Shown: one piece after another, positions 24,201-37,515 of the stretch
How positions within the stretch are numbered: position 1 is the stretch's first letter
Layout: every line of letters begins with the position of its first letter
From: Shigella phage KNP5
Strand: one strand, 5' to 3'
DNA: 64,000 nucleotides
Sequence record: KX452698
Made by a program: the position numbers and the translations under genes
The notes under the pieces: model-generated
Seen by the model: the letters and a program-made list of their open reading frames with translations, nothing else
Database searches by the model: none
What the model was told of the DNA's origin: nothing

Positions 24201-25128
24201 AACACGTTCTACCGTATTTGAAGTTAGTGATGAAACATCTTATCACTTTTATTCTCAACGCGATAAAGATGGTAATATAGCATTTAGCATTAATGGTACT
24301 GTAATGCCAATAAATGTGAATGCTTTAGGTTCTTTGAACGCGAACGGCGTTGCAACATTCGGTAGTTCAGTTACTGCTAATGGCGAATTTATCAGTAAAT
24401 CGTCGAATGCTTTTAGAGCAATAAACGGTGATTATGGATTCTTTATTCGTAATGATGCTGCTAACACCTATTTTATGCTTACTGCATCGGGCGATCAGAC
24501 TGGTGGATTTAATGGATTACGTCCATTAACTATTAATAATGCATCTGGTCAAGTAACGATTGGTGAAAGCTTAATCATTGCCAAAGGTGCTACTATAAAT
24601 TCAGGCGGTTTAACTGTTAACTCGAGAATTCGTTCTCAAGGTGTTAAAACATCTGATTTATATACCCGTGCGCCGACATCTGATACTGTAGGATTCTGGT
24701 CAATCGATATTAATGATTCAGCCACTTATAACCAGTTCCCGGGTTATTTTAAAATGGTTGAAAAAACTAATGAAGTTACTGGACTTCCATACTTAGAACG
24801 TGGCGAAGAAGTTAAATCTCCTGGTACATTGACTCAGTTTGGTAACACACTCGATTCGCTTTACCAAGATTGGATTACTTATCCAACGACCCCAGAAGCA
24901 CGTACCACTCGCTGGACGCGTACATGGCAGAAAACCAAAAACTCTTGGTCAAGTTTTGTTCAGGTATTTGATGGAGGTAACCCTCCACAACCATCTGATA
25001 TCGGTGCTTTACCATCTGATAATGCTATAATGGGGAATCTTACTATTCGTGATTTCTTACGAATTGGTAATGTTCGCATTATTCCTGACCCAGTGAATAA
25101 AACGGTTAAATTTGAATGGGTTGAATAA
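21256..25128 (+). CDS. 34: long tail fibre proximal subunit gp34
   Basis: 1290 aa; repeated ATQxE..GT...ITPKKL tail-fibre repeats; late promoter TATAAATA upstream. Confidence 0.92.
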   Translation: MAEIKRKFRAEDGLDAGGDKIINVALADRAVGTDGVNVDYLIQENTVQQYDPTRGYLKDFVIIYDNRFWAAINDIPKPAGAFNSVRWRALRTDANWTTVSSGPYQLKSGESISVNTAAGNDITFTLPTSPIDGDTIVLQDIGGKPGVNQVLIVAPVQSIVNFRGEQVRSVLMTHPKSQIVLIFSNRLWQMYVADYSREAVVVTPASLYQAQSNDFIVRRFTSAAPINIKLPRFANHGDIINFVDLDKLNPLYHTIVTTYDETTSVQEDGTHSIEGRTSIDGFLMYDDNEKLWRLFDGDSKARLRIITTNSNIRPNEEVMVFGANNGTTQTIELQLPTDISVGDTVKISMNYMRKGQTVKIKAAGEDKIASSVQLLQFPKRSEYPPEAEWVTVQELVFNGETNYVPVLQLAYIEDSDGKYWVVQQNVPTVERVDSLNDSTRARLGVIALATQAQANVDLENSPQKELAITPETLANRTATETRRGIARIATTAQVNQDTTFSFADDIIITPKKLNERTATETRRGVAEIATQQETNAGTDDTAIITPKKLQARQGSESLSGIVTFVSTAGATPASSRELNGTNVYNKNTNNLVVSPKALDQYKATPTQQGAVILAVESEVIAGQSQEGWANAVVTPETLHKKTSTDARIGLIEIATQSEVNTGTDYTRAVTPKTLNDRKATESLSGIAEIATQVEFDAGVDDTRISTPLKIKTRFNSTDRTSVVALSGLVESGTLWDHYTLNILEANETQRGTLRVATQVEAAAGTLDNVLITPKKLLGTKSTEAQEGVIKVATQVETVAGTSANTAVSPKNLKWIVQSEPTWAATTLVRGFVKTSSGSITFVGNDTVGSTQSLELYEKNSYAVSPYELNRVLANYLPLKAKAADSNLLDGLDSSQFIRRDIAQTVNGSLTLTQQTNLSAPLVSSSTATFGGSVSANSTLTISNTDGTATRLIFEKGPQTGTNPAQTMTVSVWGNQFSGESNTTRSTVFEVSDETSYHFYSQRDKDGNIAFSINGTVMPINVNALGSLNANGVATFGSSVTANGEFISKSSNAFRAINGDYGFFIRNDAANTYFMLTASGDQTGGFNGLRPLTINNASGQVTIGESLIIAKGATINSGGLTVNSRIRSQGVKTSDLYTRAPTSDTVGFWSIDINDSATYNQFPGYFKMVEKTNEVTGLPYLERGEEVKSPGTLTQFGNTLDSLYQDWITYPTTPEARTTRWTRTWQKTKNSWSSFVQVFDGGNPPQPSDIGALPSDNAIMGNLTIRDFLRIGNVRIIPDPVNKTVKFEWVE
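22684..22827 (+). repeat. direct DNA repeat inside gene 34 (24 bp identical, two copies 120 bp apart)
   Basis: ACTGCTACAGAAACTCGTAGAGGT at 22684-22707 and 22804-22827, encoding TATETRRG of the tail-fibre repeat units. Confidence 0.7.
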
Positions 25129-25136
25129 GAGGTATT

Positions 25137-26252
25137 ATGGAAAAATTTATGGCAGAGTTTGGACAAGGATATGTCCAAACGCCATTTTTATCGGAAAGCA
25201 ATTCAGTAAGATATAAAATAAGTATAGCGGGTTCTTGCCCGCTTTCTACAGCAGGTCCATATGTTAAATTTCAGGATAATCTTGTTGGAAGCCAAACATT
25301 TAGCGCGGGTCTTCATTTAAGAGTTTTTGACCCTTCCACCGGAGCATTAGTTGACAGTAAGTCATATGCTTTTTCGACTTCAAATGATACTGCATCAGCT
25401 GCTTTTGTTAGTTTCATGAATTCTTTGGCGAATAACAGACTTGTTGCTATATTAACTAGCGGAAAGGTTAATTTTCCTCCTGAAGTAGTATCTTGGTTAA
25501 GAGCAGCAGGAACGTCTGCTTTTCCATCTGATTCTTTATTGTCAAGATTTGACGTATCATATGCTGCCTTTTATACTTCTTCCAAAGGAGCTATTGCATT
25601 AGAACATGTTAAACTAAGTAATAGAAAAAGCACAGATGACTATCAAACTATTTTAGATGTTGTATTTGACAGTTTAGAAGACGTTGGAGCTACAGGATTT
25701 CCTAAAAGAACATATGAAAGCGTGGAGCAATTTATGTCAGCAGTCGGTGGAACTAATAACGAAATTGCACGTTTACCAACTTCATCTGCGATAAGTAAAC
25801 TCTCTGACTATAATTTAATTCCTGGCGATGTTCTTTATCTTAAAGCGCAGTTATATGCTGATGCAGATTTACTTGCGCTTGGAACTACAAATATATCTAT
25901 CCGTTTTTATGATGAATCGAATGGATATATTTCTTCAACACACGCTGAGTTTACTGGACAAGCTGAGTCATGGGAATTAAAGGAAGATTATGTAGTTATT
26001 CCAGAAAATGCAGTAGGATTTACGATATATGCACAAAGAACTGCACAAGCAGGTCAAGGCGGCATGAGAAATTTAAGCTTTTCTGAAGTATCAAGAAATG
26101 GTGGAATTTCAAAACCTGCTGAATTTGGCGTTAACGGTATTCGAGTTAATTATGTCTGCGAATCTGCTTCACATCCGGATATAATGGTACTTCCTACACA
26201 AGCATCGTCTAAAACTGGTAAAGTGTTTGGACAAGAATTTAGAGAAGTTTAA
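25137..26252 (+). CDS. 35: long tail fibre hinge protein gp35
   Basis: 371 aa; N-terminus MEKFMAEFGQGYVQTPFLSESNSVRYK as recalled for T4 gp35. Confidence 0.85.
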   Translation: MEKFMAEFGQGYVQTPFLSESNSVRYKISIAGSCPLSTAGPYVKFQDNLVGSQTFSAGLHLRVFDPSTGALVDSKSYAFSTSNDTASAAFVSFMNSLANNRLVAILTSGKVNFPPEVVSWLRAAGTSAFPSDSLLSRFDVSYAAFYTSSKGAIALEHVKLSNRKSTDDYQTILDVVFDSLEDVGATGFPKRTYESVEQFMSAVGGTNNEIARLPTSSAISKLSDYNLIPGDVLYLKAQLYADADLLALGTTNISIRFYDESNGYISSTHAEFTGQAESWELKEDYVVIPENAVGFTIYAQRTAQAGQGGMRNLSFSEVSRNGGISKPAEFGVNGIRVNYVCESASHPDIMVLPTQASSKTGKVFGQEFREV

Positions 26253-26257
26253 ATTGA

Positions 26258-26284
26258 GGGAGCCTTCGGGTTCCCTTTTTCTTT
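26258..26284 (+). terminator. rho-independent terminator after gene 35
   Basis: GGGAGCC-TTCG-GGTTCCC followed by TTTTTCTTT. Confidence 0.55.
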
Positions 26285-26291
26285 ATAAATA
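26284..26291 (+). promoter_or_regulatory. T4-type late promoter (TATAAATA) for gene 36
   Basis: Exact TATAAATA between gene 35 terminator hairpin and gene 36 start. Confidence 0.65.
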
Positions 26292-26314
26292 CTATTAAAA
26301 TAAAGGGGCATACA

Positions 26315-26971
26315 ATGGCTGATTTAAAAGTAGGTTCAACAACTGGAGGCTCTGTCATTTGGCATCAAGGAAATTTTCCATTGAATCCAGCCGGTGACGA
26401 TGTACTCTATAAATCATTTAAAATATATTCAGAATATAATAAACCACAAGCTGCTGATAATGATTTCGTTTCTAAAGCTAATGGTGGCACGTATTTAAAT
26501 AAAGTAATTTTTAATAAAGGAATGACTGTTCCTGGCGCAGGGTCAGGTGACAACGGTATTTTTGCTGGTCCTGGTGATAATGCCACGTATGATACTACAA
26601 ATATGGATATTGTTTCGTGGTATGGTATTGGTTTTAAATCATCACAGGGTTCAGCGGGTAGAACTGTAGTAATTAACACGCGAAATGGAGATATTAGCTC
26701 AAAGGGTGTAATTGAAGCGTCACAAATACGCGCAACTTCATTATCCCCAGTAAATAATTATGACCTTACACGGAAAGATTATGTCGATGGAGCAATAAAT
26801 ATTGTTACAGCAAACGCAAACTCTAGAGTATTACGCTCTGGAGATACTATGACAGGAAATTTAACTGCGCCAAACCTTTTTTCACAGAATCCTGCATCTC
26901 AACCTTCGCATGTTCCACGATTTGATCAAATTGTTATTAAGGATTCTGTTCAAGATTTCGGCTATTATTAA
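26315..26971 (+). CDS. 36: long tail fibre distal connector gp36
   Basis: 218 aa; position and size; late promoter upstream. Confidence 0.85.
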   Translation: MADLKVGSTTGGSVIWHQGNFPLNPAGDDVLYKSFKIYSEYNKPQAADNDFVSKANGGTYLNKVIFNKGMTVPGAGSGDNGIFAGPGDNATYDTTNMDIVSWYGIGFKSSQGSAGRTVVINTRNGDISSKGVIEASQIRATSLSPVNNYDLTRKDYVDGAINIVTANANSRVLRSGDTMTGNLTAPNLFSQNPASQPSHVPRFDQIVIKDSVQDFGYY

Positions 26972-26979
26972 GAGGACTT

Positions 26980-31102
<4,123 letters not shown>

Positions 31103-31132
31103 TTTGAATAAATATCCTTAAAAGGAGGGTCT

Positions 31133-31789
31133 ATGGCAGCACCTAGAATATCATTTTCGCCCTCTGATATTCTGTTGGGTGTTCTAGATCGCTTGTTCAA
31201 AGATAACGCTACCGGGAAGGTTCTTGCTTCCCGAGTAGCTGTCGTAATTCTTTTATTTATGATGGCGATTGTTTGGTATAGGGGAGATAGTTTCTTTGAG
31301 TACTATAAGCAATCAAAGTATGAAACATACAGTGAAATTATTGAAAAGGAAAGAAATGCACGCTTTGAATCTGTCGCCCTGGAACAACTCCAGATAGTTC
31401 ATATATCATCTGAGGCAGACTTTAGTGCGGTGTATTCTTTCCGCCCTAAAAACTTAAACTATTTTGTTGATATTATAGCATATGAAGGAAAATTACCTTC
31501 AACAATAAGTGAAAAATCACTTGGAGGATATCCTGTTGATAAAACTATGGATGAATATGCAGTTCATTTAAATGGACGTCATTATTATTCCAACTCAAAA
31601 TTTGCTTTTTTACCAACCAAAAAGCCTACTCCCGAAATAAATTACATGTACAGTTGTCCATATTTCAATTTGGATAATATCTATGCTGGAACAATAACCA
31701 TGTACTGGTATAGAAATGATCATATAAGTAATGACCGCCTTGAATCAATATGTGCTCAGGCGGCCAGAATATTAGGAAGGGCTAAATAA
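31133..31789 (+). CDS. t: holin T
   Basis: 218 aa; single N-terminal TMD then large periplasmic domain; matches T4 holin as recalled. Confidence 0.92.
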   Translation: MAAPRISFSPSDILLGVLDRLFKDNATGKVLASRVAVVILLFMMAIVWYRGDSFFEYYKQSKYETYSEIIEKERNARFESVALEQLQIVHISSEADFSAVYSFRPKNLNYFVDIIAYEGKLPSTISEKSLGGYPVDKTMDEYAVHLNGRHYYSNSKFAFLPTKKPTPEINYMYSCPYFNLDNIYAGTITMYWYRNDHISNDRLESICAQAARILGRAK

Positions 31790-32062
31790 TTATTTGTTTG
31801 TATACATCTCTAGATATCGATATACACCCTCAAAACCCTCGTTGAATTCGTCGATGAGGGTTTTCTTATCTTCTTGAGTTAATTCAGAAACAATTTTACG
31901 GAATGAATTCTGATTCAACTTTCTACCTTCATGCGTTACTCCAATCTCATTCAGAAATGCAATAAAATTAGCACGATTCTCAACAATATCTTCTCGGGAA
32001 AATTTAATCAAAATAGACGCAACAGTAATAATTTCACGAACTGTATCAATATTTTTATTCAT
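31790..32062 (-). CDS. asiA: anti-sigma70 factor AsiA
   Basis: 90 aa; sequence MNKNIDTVREIITVASILIKFSREDIVENRANFIAFLNEIG as recalled for T4 AsiA. Confidence 0.92.
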   Translation of the reverse strand: MNKNIDTVREIITVASILIKFSREDIVENRANFIAFLNEIGVTHEGRKLNQNSFRKIVSELTQEDKKTLIDEFNEGFEGVYRYLEMYTNK

Positions 32063-32074
32063 TAACTATACCAC

Positions 32075-32227
32075 TCAATTAGTTGACTTTGCTATAATAT
32101 CATCAGACGTTTGATTTGTAAACTGGTCTGTGTTATTTTCTTCAAAAATTTTTTCTACGAATTCCTTGAACGACTCACGTTCCTGAGCTACATTATGCTC
32201 GATTACTTTTTCAAGATTATGACTCAT
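32075..32227 (-). CDS. hypothetical acidic protein, about 50 aa
   Basis: Manual translation (below track size cutoff); ATGA overlap with arn stop. Confidence 0.35.
   Translation of the reverse strand: MSHNLEKVIEHNVAQERESFKEFVEKIFEENNTDQFTNQTSDDIIAKSTN
32091..32123 (-). promoter_or_regulatory. T4-type early promoter upstream of asiA
   Basis: Minus-strand GTTTAC and GATATTATAG -10. Confidence 0.5.
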
Positions 32228-32502
32228 TCGAAATAATCTTCAATTTCATAATCAAGAACATAAATCATTATAGTTTTTAATACATCATCAATACTTTTTC
32301 CTGGAGCTGGAATTACGTAAAAATATCCCGCCTTTGAATTATCTTTATAAGTTCCAACCAAGAAATCATTATTCTCAAGATGCAGTTCTTCAACTAATTA
32401 ATTAACAATTGAGTGGTATAAATTTGGTAGTAACTTGTATAGCTTTTCTAGAATATCAATTTTGATTGTGTATTGAACCACAGACTGAGAATCAATAATC
32501 AT
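32224..32502 (-). pseudogene. arn: arn (anti-restriction nuclease, McrBC inhibitor) interrupted by in-frame TAA
   Basis: 93-codon frame of Arn size (92 aa) and position; codon 35 is TAA at about 32398-32400; both halves in same frame; no ORF of 60 aa or more in track across 32063-32585. Confidence 0.5.
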
Positions 32503-32585
32503 AGACCTTCCCCTTATGTTTCTGTTTGCGATTAGATTCTTTAAACGCTTTCTTCTTATCTTTATGGACAGAAGCTTTATTAAAA

Positions 32586-32804
32586 TTATGTTTTGCGACT
32601 AAATTGTTCATAGTGCTGAATTACCTCTCTCAAACATTTGCATGTGAATGAAAACTTTTTAGCTACACCACATTCAAATATATGTTCTCTTAAATCACGT
32701 GTGTCAGTATATCCCATCTCAACAATAAAATGCCGTATTAGATTTTTATCTTTATCATTGAGAGAATTGAAATAATCGGATTTTGAATTAATTTCCCTGG
32801 CCAA
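32586..32804 (-). CDS. hypothetical protein, 72 aa
   Basis: ORF track. Confidence 0.4.
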   Translation of the reverse strand: MAREINSKSDYFNSLNDKDKNLIRHFIVEMGYTDTRDLREHIFECGVAKKFSFTCKCLREVIQHYEQFSRKT

Positions 32805-33084
32805 ATTGAATCACCTTCAGTTGACGTTTTAATTCTTTTATCATTTCTTCGTTCATCGCAATGTAAAGATCGCGTAAAGCGGGTTTTAGCATTCCATTTA
32901 CTGGAGAACTAAATGGACATACATAATCTTTTCCTACGAGCTTTTTGGTGAATTCCATATTACAGAATTGAAATGCCGGTTCATTGGTATAAATTCCCCA
33001 ATTAGTTGACATCATTTTATTGGCATATTCTAGTGCCTGGATTTGATTCATAATTCCATCAATTTGAAACTTTTTAATATTCAT
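32788..33084 (-). CDS. hypothetical protein, 98 aa
   Basis: ORF track. Confidence 0.45.
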   Translation of the reverse strand: MNIKKFQIDGIMNQIQALEYANKMMSTNWGIYTNEPAFQFCNMEFTKKLVGKDYVCPFSSPVNGMLKPALRDLYIAMNEEMIKELKRQLKVIQFGQGN

Positions 33085-33545
33085 TAGTAAAGGTCCTCAG
33101 AGTAAAGTTCTTTTTCACTACCACCGCGTTCAATACGTACTTGTCCAGCATAAGTTGCAATAATCATTGCTTCTTCACGTGTCCAATAATTACTATATTG
33201 GTCAATAAACCCTTGGTCATCATCGCAAACTTGCTGAGTAACTAATTGAGGTTTAACTACATCTAAAACTTCTGCCATATCTTTAGAATAATGACGAGCA
33301 CCTGGAATAACAAGAGTTCGTCCATCTTTTAATTTAAAACGGTTGGCTGCGCAAACAATTCGTCGTTGATACTTTTGGTTTTCGTCCCAATACGCAGTCT
33401 GCCAACAGATTTCAGGAACTTCTTTCAGAATATCTTCTTCTGTGCATTTATAACCGTGCGCTTTAAATTTTTCAACAAGACTTTCCGGAGTTTCACGAGA
33501 TAAAGGAACATTCAGCATTTTTAAACGATTAATAAATGGATTCAT
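33084..33545 (-). CDS. hypothetical protein, 153 aa
   Basis: ORF track; overlapping stop/start with neighbours. Confidence 0.5.
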   Translation of the reverse strand: MNPFINRLKMLNVPLSRETPESLVEKFKAHGYKCTEEDILKEVPEICWQTAYWDENQKYQRRIVCAANRFKLKDGRTLVIPGARHYSKDMAEVLDVVKPQLVTQQVCDDDQGFIDQYSNYWTREEAMIIATYAGQVRIERGGSEKELYSEDLY

Positions 33546-33871
33546 TTAAACCATCCTTTAATACGCTGCCACAAAGTTTTCTGTTGAGCTTTGTTAACAC
33601 CAATTGAGCGAATAACTGGCTGAGATTCCTGGAATTCTTTATAATCAGCAAGGTAAATTTCGTAAGCTGCATCTGTAAATGAACTTATCGCTGCCATAAA
33701 ATTATTGCGAATACCTACTGGAGCATCTTTACTTTCACGAATAATCATGTATTTACCAGTCTTAATCTTTACGATAGTTCCAAGATAAGCTCCGTGGTAC
33801 CAGATGTCCCACCCCTCTTGAGTGGGTTCTGCACAACGACGAAGTTCATTAACAATTTCTAACTTGTTCAT
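33542..33871 (-). CDS. hypothetical protein, 109 aa
   Basis: ORF track. Confidence 0.5.
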   Translation of the reverse strand: MNKLEIVNELRRCAEPTQEGWDIWYHGAYLGTIVKIKTGKYMIIRESKDAPVGIRNNFMAAISSFTDAAYEIYLADYKEFQESQPVIRSIGVNKAQQKTLWQRIKGWFK

Positions 33872-33881
33872 TATTTATTCC

Positions 33882-34517
33882 TCACAGTTCAGATGCTACG
33901 GTGATTACTGCTTCAATGTTTTCTGCCGAGCGTTTAATGTCAAGATACACATTACCATTTTTAGCGATTTTACATGACATTCCGATATCAGTAAATTTCT
34001 GAATATGATGTTCCATCATTTTGTATCCAAAAATTCGCATATTTCCATTGTTGTTAATTTCAAAATTGCGAATTCCATGAGTGCGTTTTTCTAAAATAGC
34101 AAGATAGTTACTGCGGTAAGTTTCAACCTTTTTAAGAACAAATCCATTTTCATCTAAAAGTTTTAACATGAAGTCTTTATCTTCTTCCATATCGGAAGTA
34201 ATCTCACGAGCTTTACGAGTTGCTCGTTTTTTCAGCAGTTCAGGAGCATTTTCCTGCGCATATAAAGTTGCTGCATTTGAAATAATATCCTGAGCTTCAC
34301 CTGTAATGATTAATCCATCACCAGATTTCTCCACCAGGCCTTTTTTAATCAATACCCCAATATTACTATTAACTACTGCGTTACCTAAATCTGGATGCAC
34401 CTCACGAACTTCTGCAGCTGTAATGAAATCTTTCTTAGCAATGGTAATTAAAATCGCAGCAGTTTTTTCATTCAGAACATCGTTAGAAGCTTTGATGATG
34501 TAAGTTACTTTAGACAT
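33882..34517 (-). CDS. motA: middle transcription activator MotA
   Basis: 211 aa; matches T4 MotA size and sequence as recalled; early promoter upstream. Confidence 0.92.
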   Translation of the reverse strand: MSKVTYIIKASNDVLNEKTAAILITIAKKDFITAAEVREVHPDLGNAVVNSNIGVLIKKGLVEKSGDGLIITGEAQDIISNAATLYAQENAPELLKKRATRKAREITSDMEEDKDFMLKLLDENGFVLKKVETYRSNYLAILEKRTHGIRNFEINNNGNMRIFGYKMMEHHIQKFTDIGMSCKIAKNGNVYLDIKRSAENIEAVITVASEL

Positions 34518-34555
34518 TTTCTAATCTCCGTAATTCTGTATCAGTAGTTGATAGT

Positions 34556-34588
34556 TGTATAATACCACAGTATGCTTTGGTTGTAAAC
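34556..34588 (-). promoter_or_regulatory. T4-type early promoter upstream of motA
   Basis: Minus-strand GTTTAC, spacer, TGTGGTATTATACAACTATCAACTAC. Confidence 0.6.
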
Positions 34589-34620
34589 CGTTTTGTGAAA
34601 AAATTTTTGAAATAAAAAAA
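34583..34620 (-). repeat. ~37 bp promoter-upstream repeat, copy 2
   Basis: Near-identical to 17904-17940. Confidence 0.6.
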
Positions 34621-34640
34621 GGGAGAGCCAAGGCTCTCCC
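34611..34640 (-). terminator. rho-independent terminator
   Basis: GGGAGAGCC-TT-GGCTCTCCC followed by TTTTTTTATTT on minus strand. Confidence 0.6.
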
Positions 34641-34645
34641 TAAAA

Positions 34646-34795
34646 TTACTGCATGACTGTGATAACTGTCATGATAACACGTTGAATTCCGAACGCAAGA
34701 AGACCTCCTGCTACGGCAGGAACAACACCTAAACCCGCTAGTAAAATGCTACCAGATACTAATGCAGCGCTTGTAATACCTATGAATGGACTCAT
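34646..34795 (-). CDS. small hydrophobic membrane peptide, 49 aa
   Basis: Manual translation; ATGA overlap with gene 52 stop; followed by hairpin terminator. Confidence 0.35.
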   Translation of the reverse strand: MSPFIGITSAALVSGSILLAGLGVVPAVAGGLLAFGIQRVIMTVITVMQ

Positions 34796-36120
34796 TTGAT
34801 TTCCTCTAAATCTTTAGTGTATTCTGTAACTACATCAGTAGTTTTCCAATATTCGTTTTCTTCTTTTTTAGCTTTAGCTTCTTCAGCAAGTTTCTTTGCT
34901 TCGTCGGAAGTCATATGAAAAATGTTCATTCCAACTAGTTTATCAACATAAGAAGAATACATATCAATTTTAGAAAGTTCTTCGGTCAGTTCTTTACGAG
35001 TTTTACCCTGCACAACAATTTCACCCGAAATTACTTTCTTAATGAAATGTGCCTTGGCAAAGGCTAAACGAAATGCTGATTCAGTTTCTTTGATTTTGTT
35101 ATCAATTCGTTTTTGGACATAAGTTTTACGAACTTCAACGAAGTCTTTGATTAAATCAACTACGTTATCGTAAACTTGCAGTTTTCCTTTCTCATTAATA
35201 ACGGTAATATTCTGGGAACGCCGCTCAATCAACCCGAAGTCTTTCATAATTTTTGCGTGTCGTTCTTCTTCATTATCGCTCAAAGAGTATTCTTTACGGA
35301 ATTTAACTTTGAAGCCAAAACCGTGCTCACCGCAAGCATCATCCCACGTAATGAAGCCTTTATCTTCAAGCGGGTCTAAGATTTTACTCACGTAAGTTTC
35401 ACGATCATACTTATACGGAATCTCAGTGATATGCATTTGAGTTCGTGAAGTAAACTTGTACGTTCCACGAATTTCATATTGACCGTCAATTTCAACGACT
35501 TCACCGCGAAATTCTGGGAATTCTACCTTCGGTTTAGTTACTTTCTTTCCTTGAAGAGCTTGCAATACAGCTTTCTTGACAGAAGAAACGCTATGAGGAA
35601 GAATGTAAGTTGCATAACCAGTTGCAATACCGGAAACACCGTTAAGAAGAACAGTAGGAATAATAGGCAAATAGAAAGCAGGCGGAATGTGTTCTTTATC
35701 TTGATGTACCGGAGCATATTCAGTATCTTTATATACGTTATAGAAATTTTTACTTACACGAGCAAAAATATAACGACTTGCCGCTGCTTTTTGAACGGTA
35801 CGAGAACCAAAGTTTCCTTGACCATCTAACAAAGGAAAGTTATTATTCCAAGTGTTAGCCATCAAAGCGCCCGCGTCTTGTGCAGAGTTTTCACCATGAT
35901 GATATCCAAGGTCCGCTACACCACCTGCAATAGAAGCGAGTTTGTGAAACTTATCTTTATTTCCTCGTGCCAAATCAAGAGCTCGAGCAATAACAAATCG
36001 TTGAACTGGCTTAAATCCATCAATCATATTTGGGATAGCACGATTTTCAACCGTGTACATAGCATAAGCCAATGCTTCATTATCAATGATACTTTTTAAA
36101 TCGCGATTATTCAGTTGCAT
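34792..36120 (-). CDS. 52: DNA topoisomerase II medium subunit gp52
   Basis: 442 aa; GyrA-like cleavage-religation domain; matches T4 gp52 size. Confidence 0.95.
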   Translation of the reverse strand: MQLNNRDLKSIIDNEALAYAMYTVENRAIPNMIDGFKPVQRFVIARALDLARGNKDKFHKLASIAGGVADLGYHHGENSAQDAGALMANTWNNNFPLLDGQGNFGSRTVQKAAASRYIFARVSKNFYNVYKDTEYAPVHQDKEHIPPAFYLPIIPTVLLNGVSGIATGYATYILPHSVSSVKKAVLQALQGKKVTKPKVEFPEFRGEVVEIDGQYEIRGTYKFTSRTQMHITEIPYKYDRETYVSKILDPLEDKGFITWDDACGEHGFGFKVKFRKEYSLSDNEEERHAKIMKDFGLIERRSQNITVINEKGKLQVYDNVVDLIKDFVEVRKTYVQKRIDNKIKETESAFRLAFAKAHFIKKVISGEIVVQGKTRKELTEELSKIDMYSSYVDKLVGMNIFHMTSDEAKKLAEEAKAKKEENEYWKTTDVVTEYTKDLEEIK

Positions 36121-36257
36121 AAATTTACCATACTAGTGAATGTAGTGCCATAATAACATCAGAAATGAAAAGCACGACTTGAATTAATCCGAACATTACT
36201 CCATAATATAGTGCTACCAATAAAGTAGCAAGGGCTAATGAATAGCCCAAGATTTTC

Positions 36258-36416
36258 TTAATCATTAGTAAATAACAACACAAATGTTAAATATGCACAC
36301 ATACCCTGGGCTAAAGCTTGTGAAAACACACTGCTAGCATCAATACAGATAGTTAAAACACATGCTACTATCCAACAAACAAATGAAATAACTCCTAATA
36401 ATTTTGCGATATTCAT
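36258..36416 (-). CDS. ac: acridine-sensitivity membrane protein Ac-like, about 51 aa
   Basis: Track ORF begins at TTG; trimmed to ATG (MNIAK); hydrophobic; position after 52 as T4 ac. Confidence 0.5.
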   Translation of the reverse strand: MNIAKLLGVISFVCWIVACVLTICIDASSVFSQALAQGMCAYLTFVLLFTND

Positions 36417-36429
36417 AATATTCTCCTCA

Positions 36430-36582
36430 ACTATTTTTAGAACCAATGTACGCGAATAATGATAAAATCGCTAATACGCCCTGAGCTGATGCTTGCAAAA
36501 ATACTGAAGTTTCTCCAGTTATTACTGTTCCGATGCATAAAAAGAACCAACAGAAAAAGGCTATACCGTGAACAAATTTCAT
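36430..36582 (-). CDS. Ac-like paralogous small membrane peptide, about 50 aa
   Basis: Manual translation; shares FxCW...SxVFxQAxAQG pattern with the adjacent Ac-like ORF; coordinates approximate. Confidence 0.35.
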
Positions 36583-36589
36583 ATTTTCC

Positions 36590-36670
36590 TCACTGGCGTC
36601 CGAAGACGCCTTTGGTTTTAAGATTATTACGATAGAACTGCATCACGTGTTCGTTATGGAAATTACTCAT
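36590..36670 (-). CDS. stp: Stp peptide (26 aa)
   Basis: Manual translation gives [26 protein letters not shown], the T4 Stp sequence as recalled; start overlaps ndd stop. Confidence 0.75.
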
Positions 36671-37125
36671 TAGTATGCCTGCAAAACAAATTTAAAGTTA
36701 TCAGACAACATACGGTTCATTTCTTCAAGCGTTTGATATTCAGAATGATGATTACGAGTAAACGCTAAAGCTAACTGGCCTTTTCCAAATCCTGTCGTCA
36801 GAGGTTTCATCTTAGAAGCAGGTAGATAAAATACTGCGTATGGAACATTATTATTTGCAATAGTACGCGCAAGCTGAGACCGACGTTGACGAATATGACT
36901 TAGAACTGCACTGAATCCTTGCTTAGAACGCTGATTACCTACATAAAATCGTGCAGATACACACGGACTATCAAATGGACCACCAAATTTGCTCACTAAA
37001 AAGTAAAATCCAGGGTTAGACAAAATGTCTTTATGCGGAGTTCCAAAAACCCATTCACCGCCCTTGATTGTACCAATAACAGTAGCACCTGCATTATTCA
37101 GATCAGTAACAGTCATGTATTTCAT
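36670..37125 (-). CDS. ndd: nucleoid disruption protein Ndd
   Basis: 151 aa; sequence matches T4 Ndd as recalled. Confidence 0.9.
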
Positions 37126-37184
37126 ATTAATTTCCTCTAATTATTTTCTACTCCAAGGCCGCATGAATACACACGGCCAATAAA

Positions 37185-37400
37185 TTAATCGTCGCAATCG
37201 ACGCTCAATTCCCAGAACTCTTCTACAGTATAAGTTTCAGTATCATTTTCAATACAGAAACGTTCATTACTGTTGTTTGCTAAAGTAGCGTTAACTGTCA
37301 TTTTCTCGCTAGTGCTCTTAAGAGGTGAAATACGAATTAACTGATCACCACTATCCAAGCAAAAAATTTCGCCAACTTTTACATCTTTAAAAATTTTCAT
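37185..37400 (-). CDS. hypothetical protein, 71 aa (ndd.x-like)
   Basis: ORF track. Confidence 0.45.
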   Translation of the reverse strand: MKIFKDVKVGEIFCLDSGDQLIRISPLKSTSEKMTVNATLANNSNERFCIENDTETYTVEEFWELSVDCDD

Positions 37401-37515
37401 AATTCACCTCAGGGAGTATAAAATCCAAATGCAGTTGTTGACCATCCCATCCAATACGGAAAATTTGCACCAACGTAAAACATGAGAATATAAAACCAAC
37501 CACTCAGCAAATTTA

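Noticed and set aside
36600-36625. GC hairpin GGCGTCCGAAGACGCC plus T-run that looked like a terminator
   Set aside because: It lies inside the stp coding sequence (encodes ...KGVFGRQ), so it is annotated as part of stp rather than an intergenic terminator.
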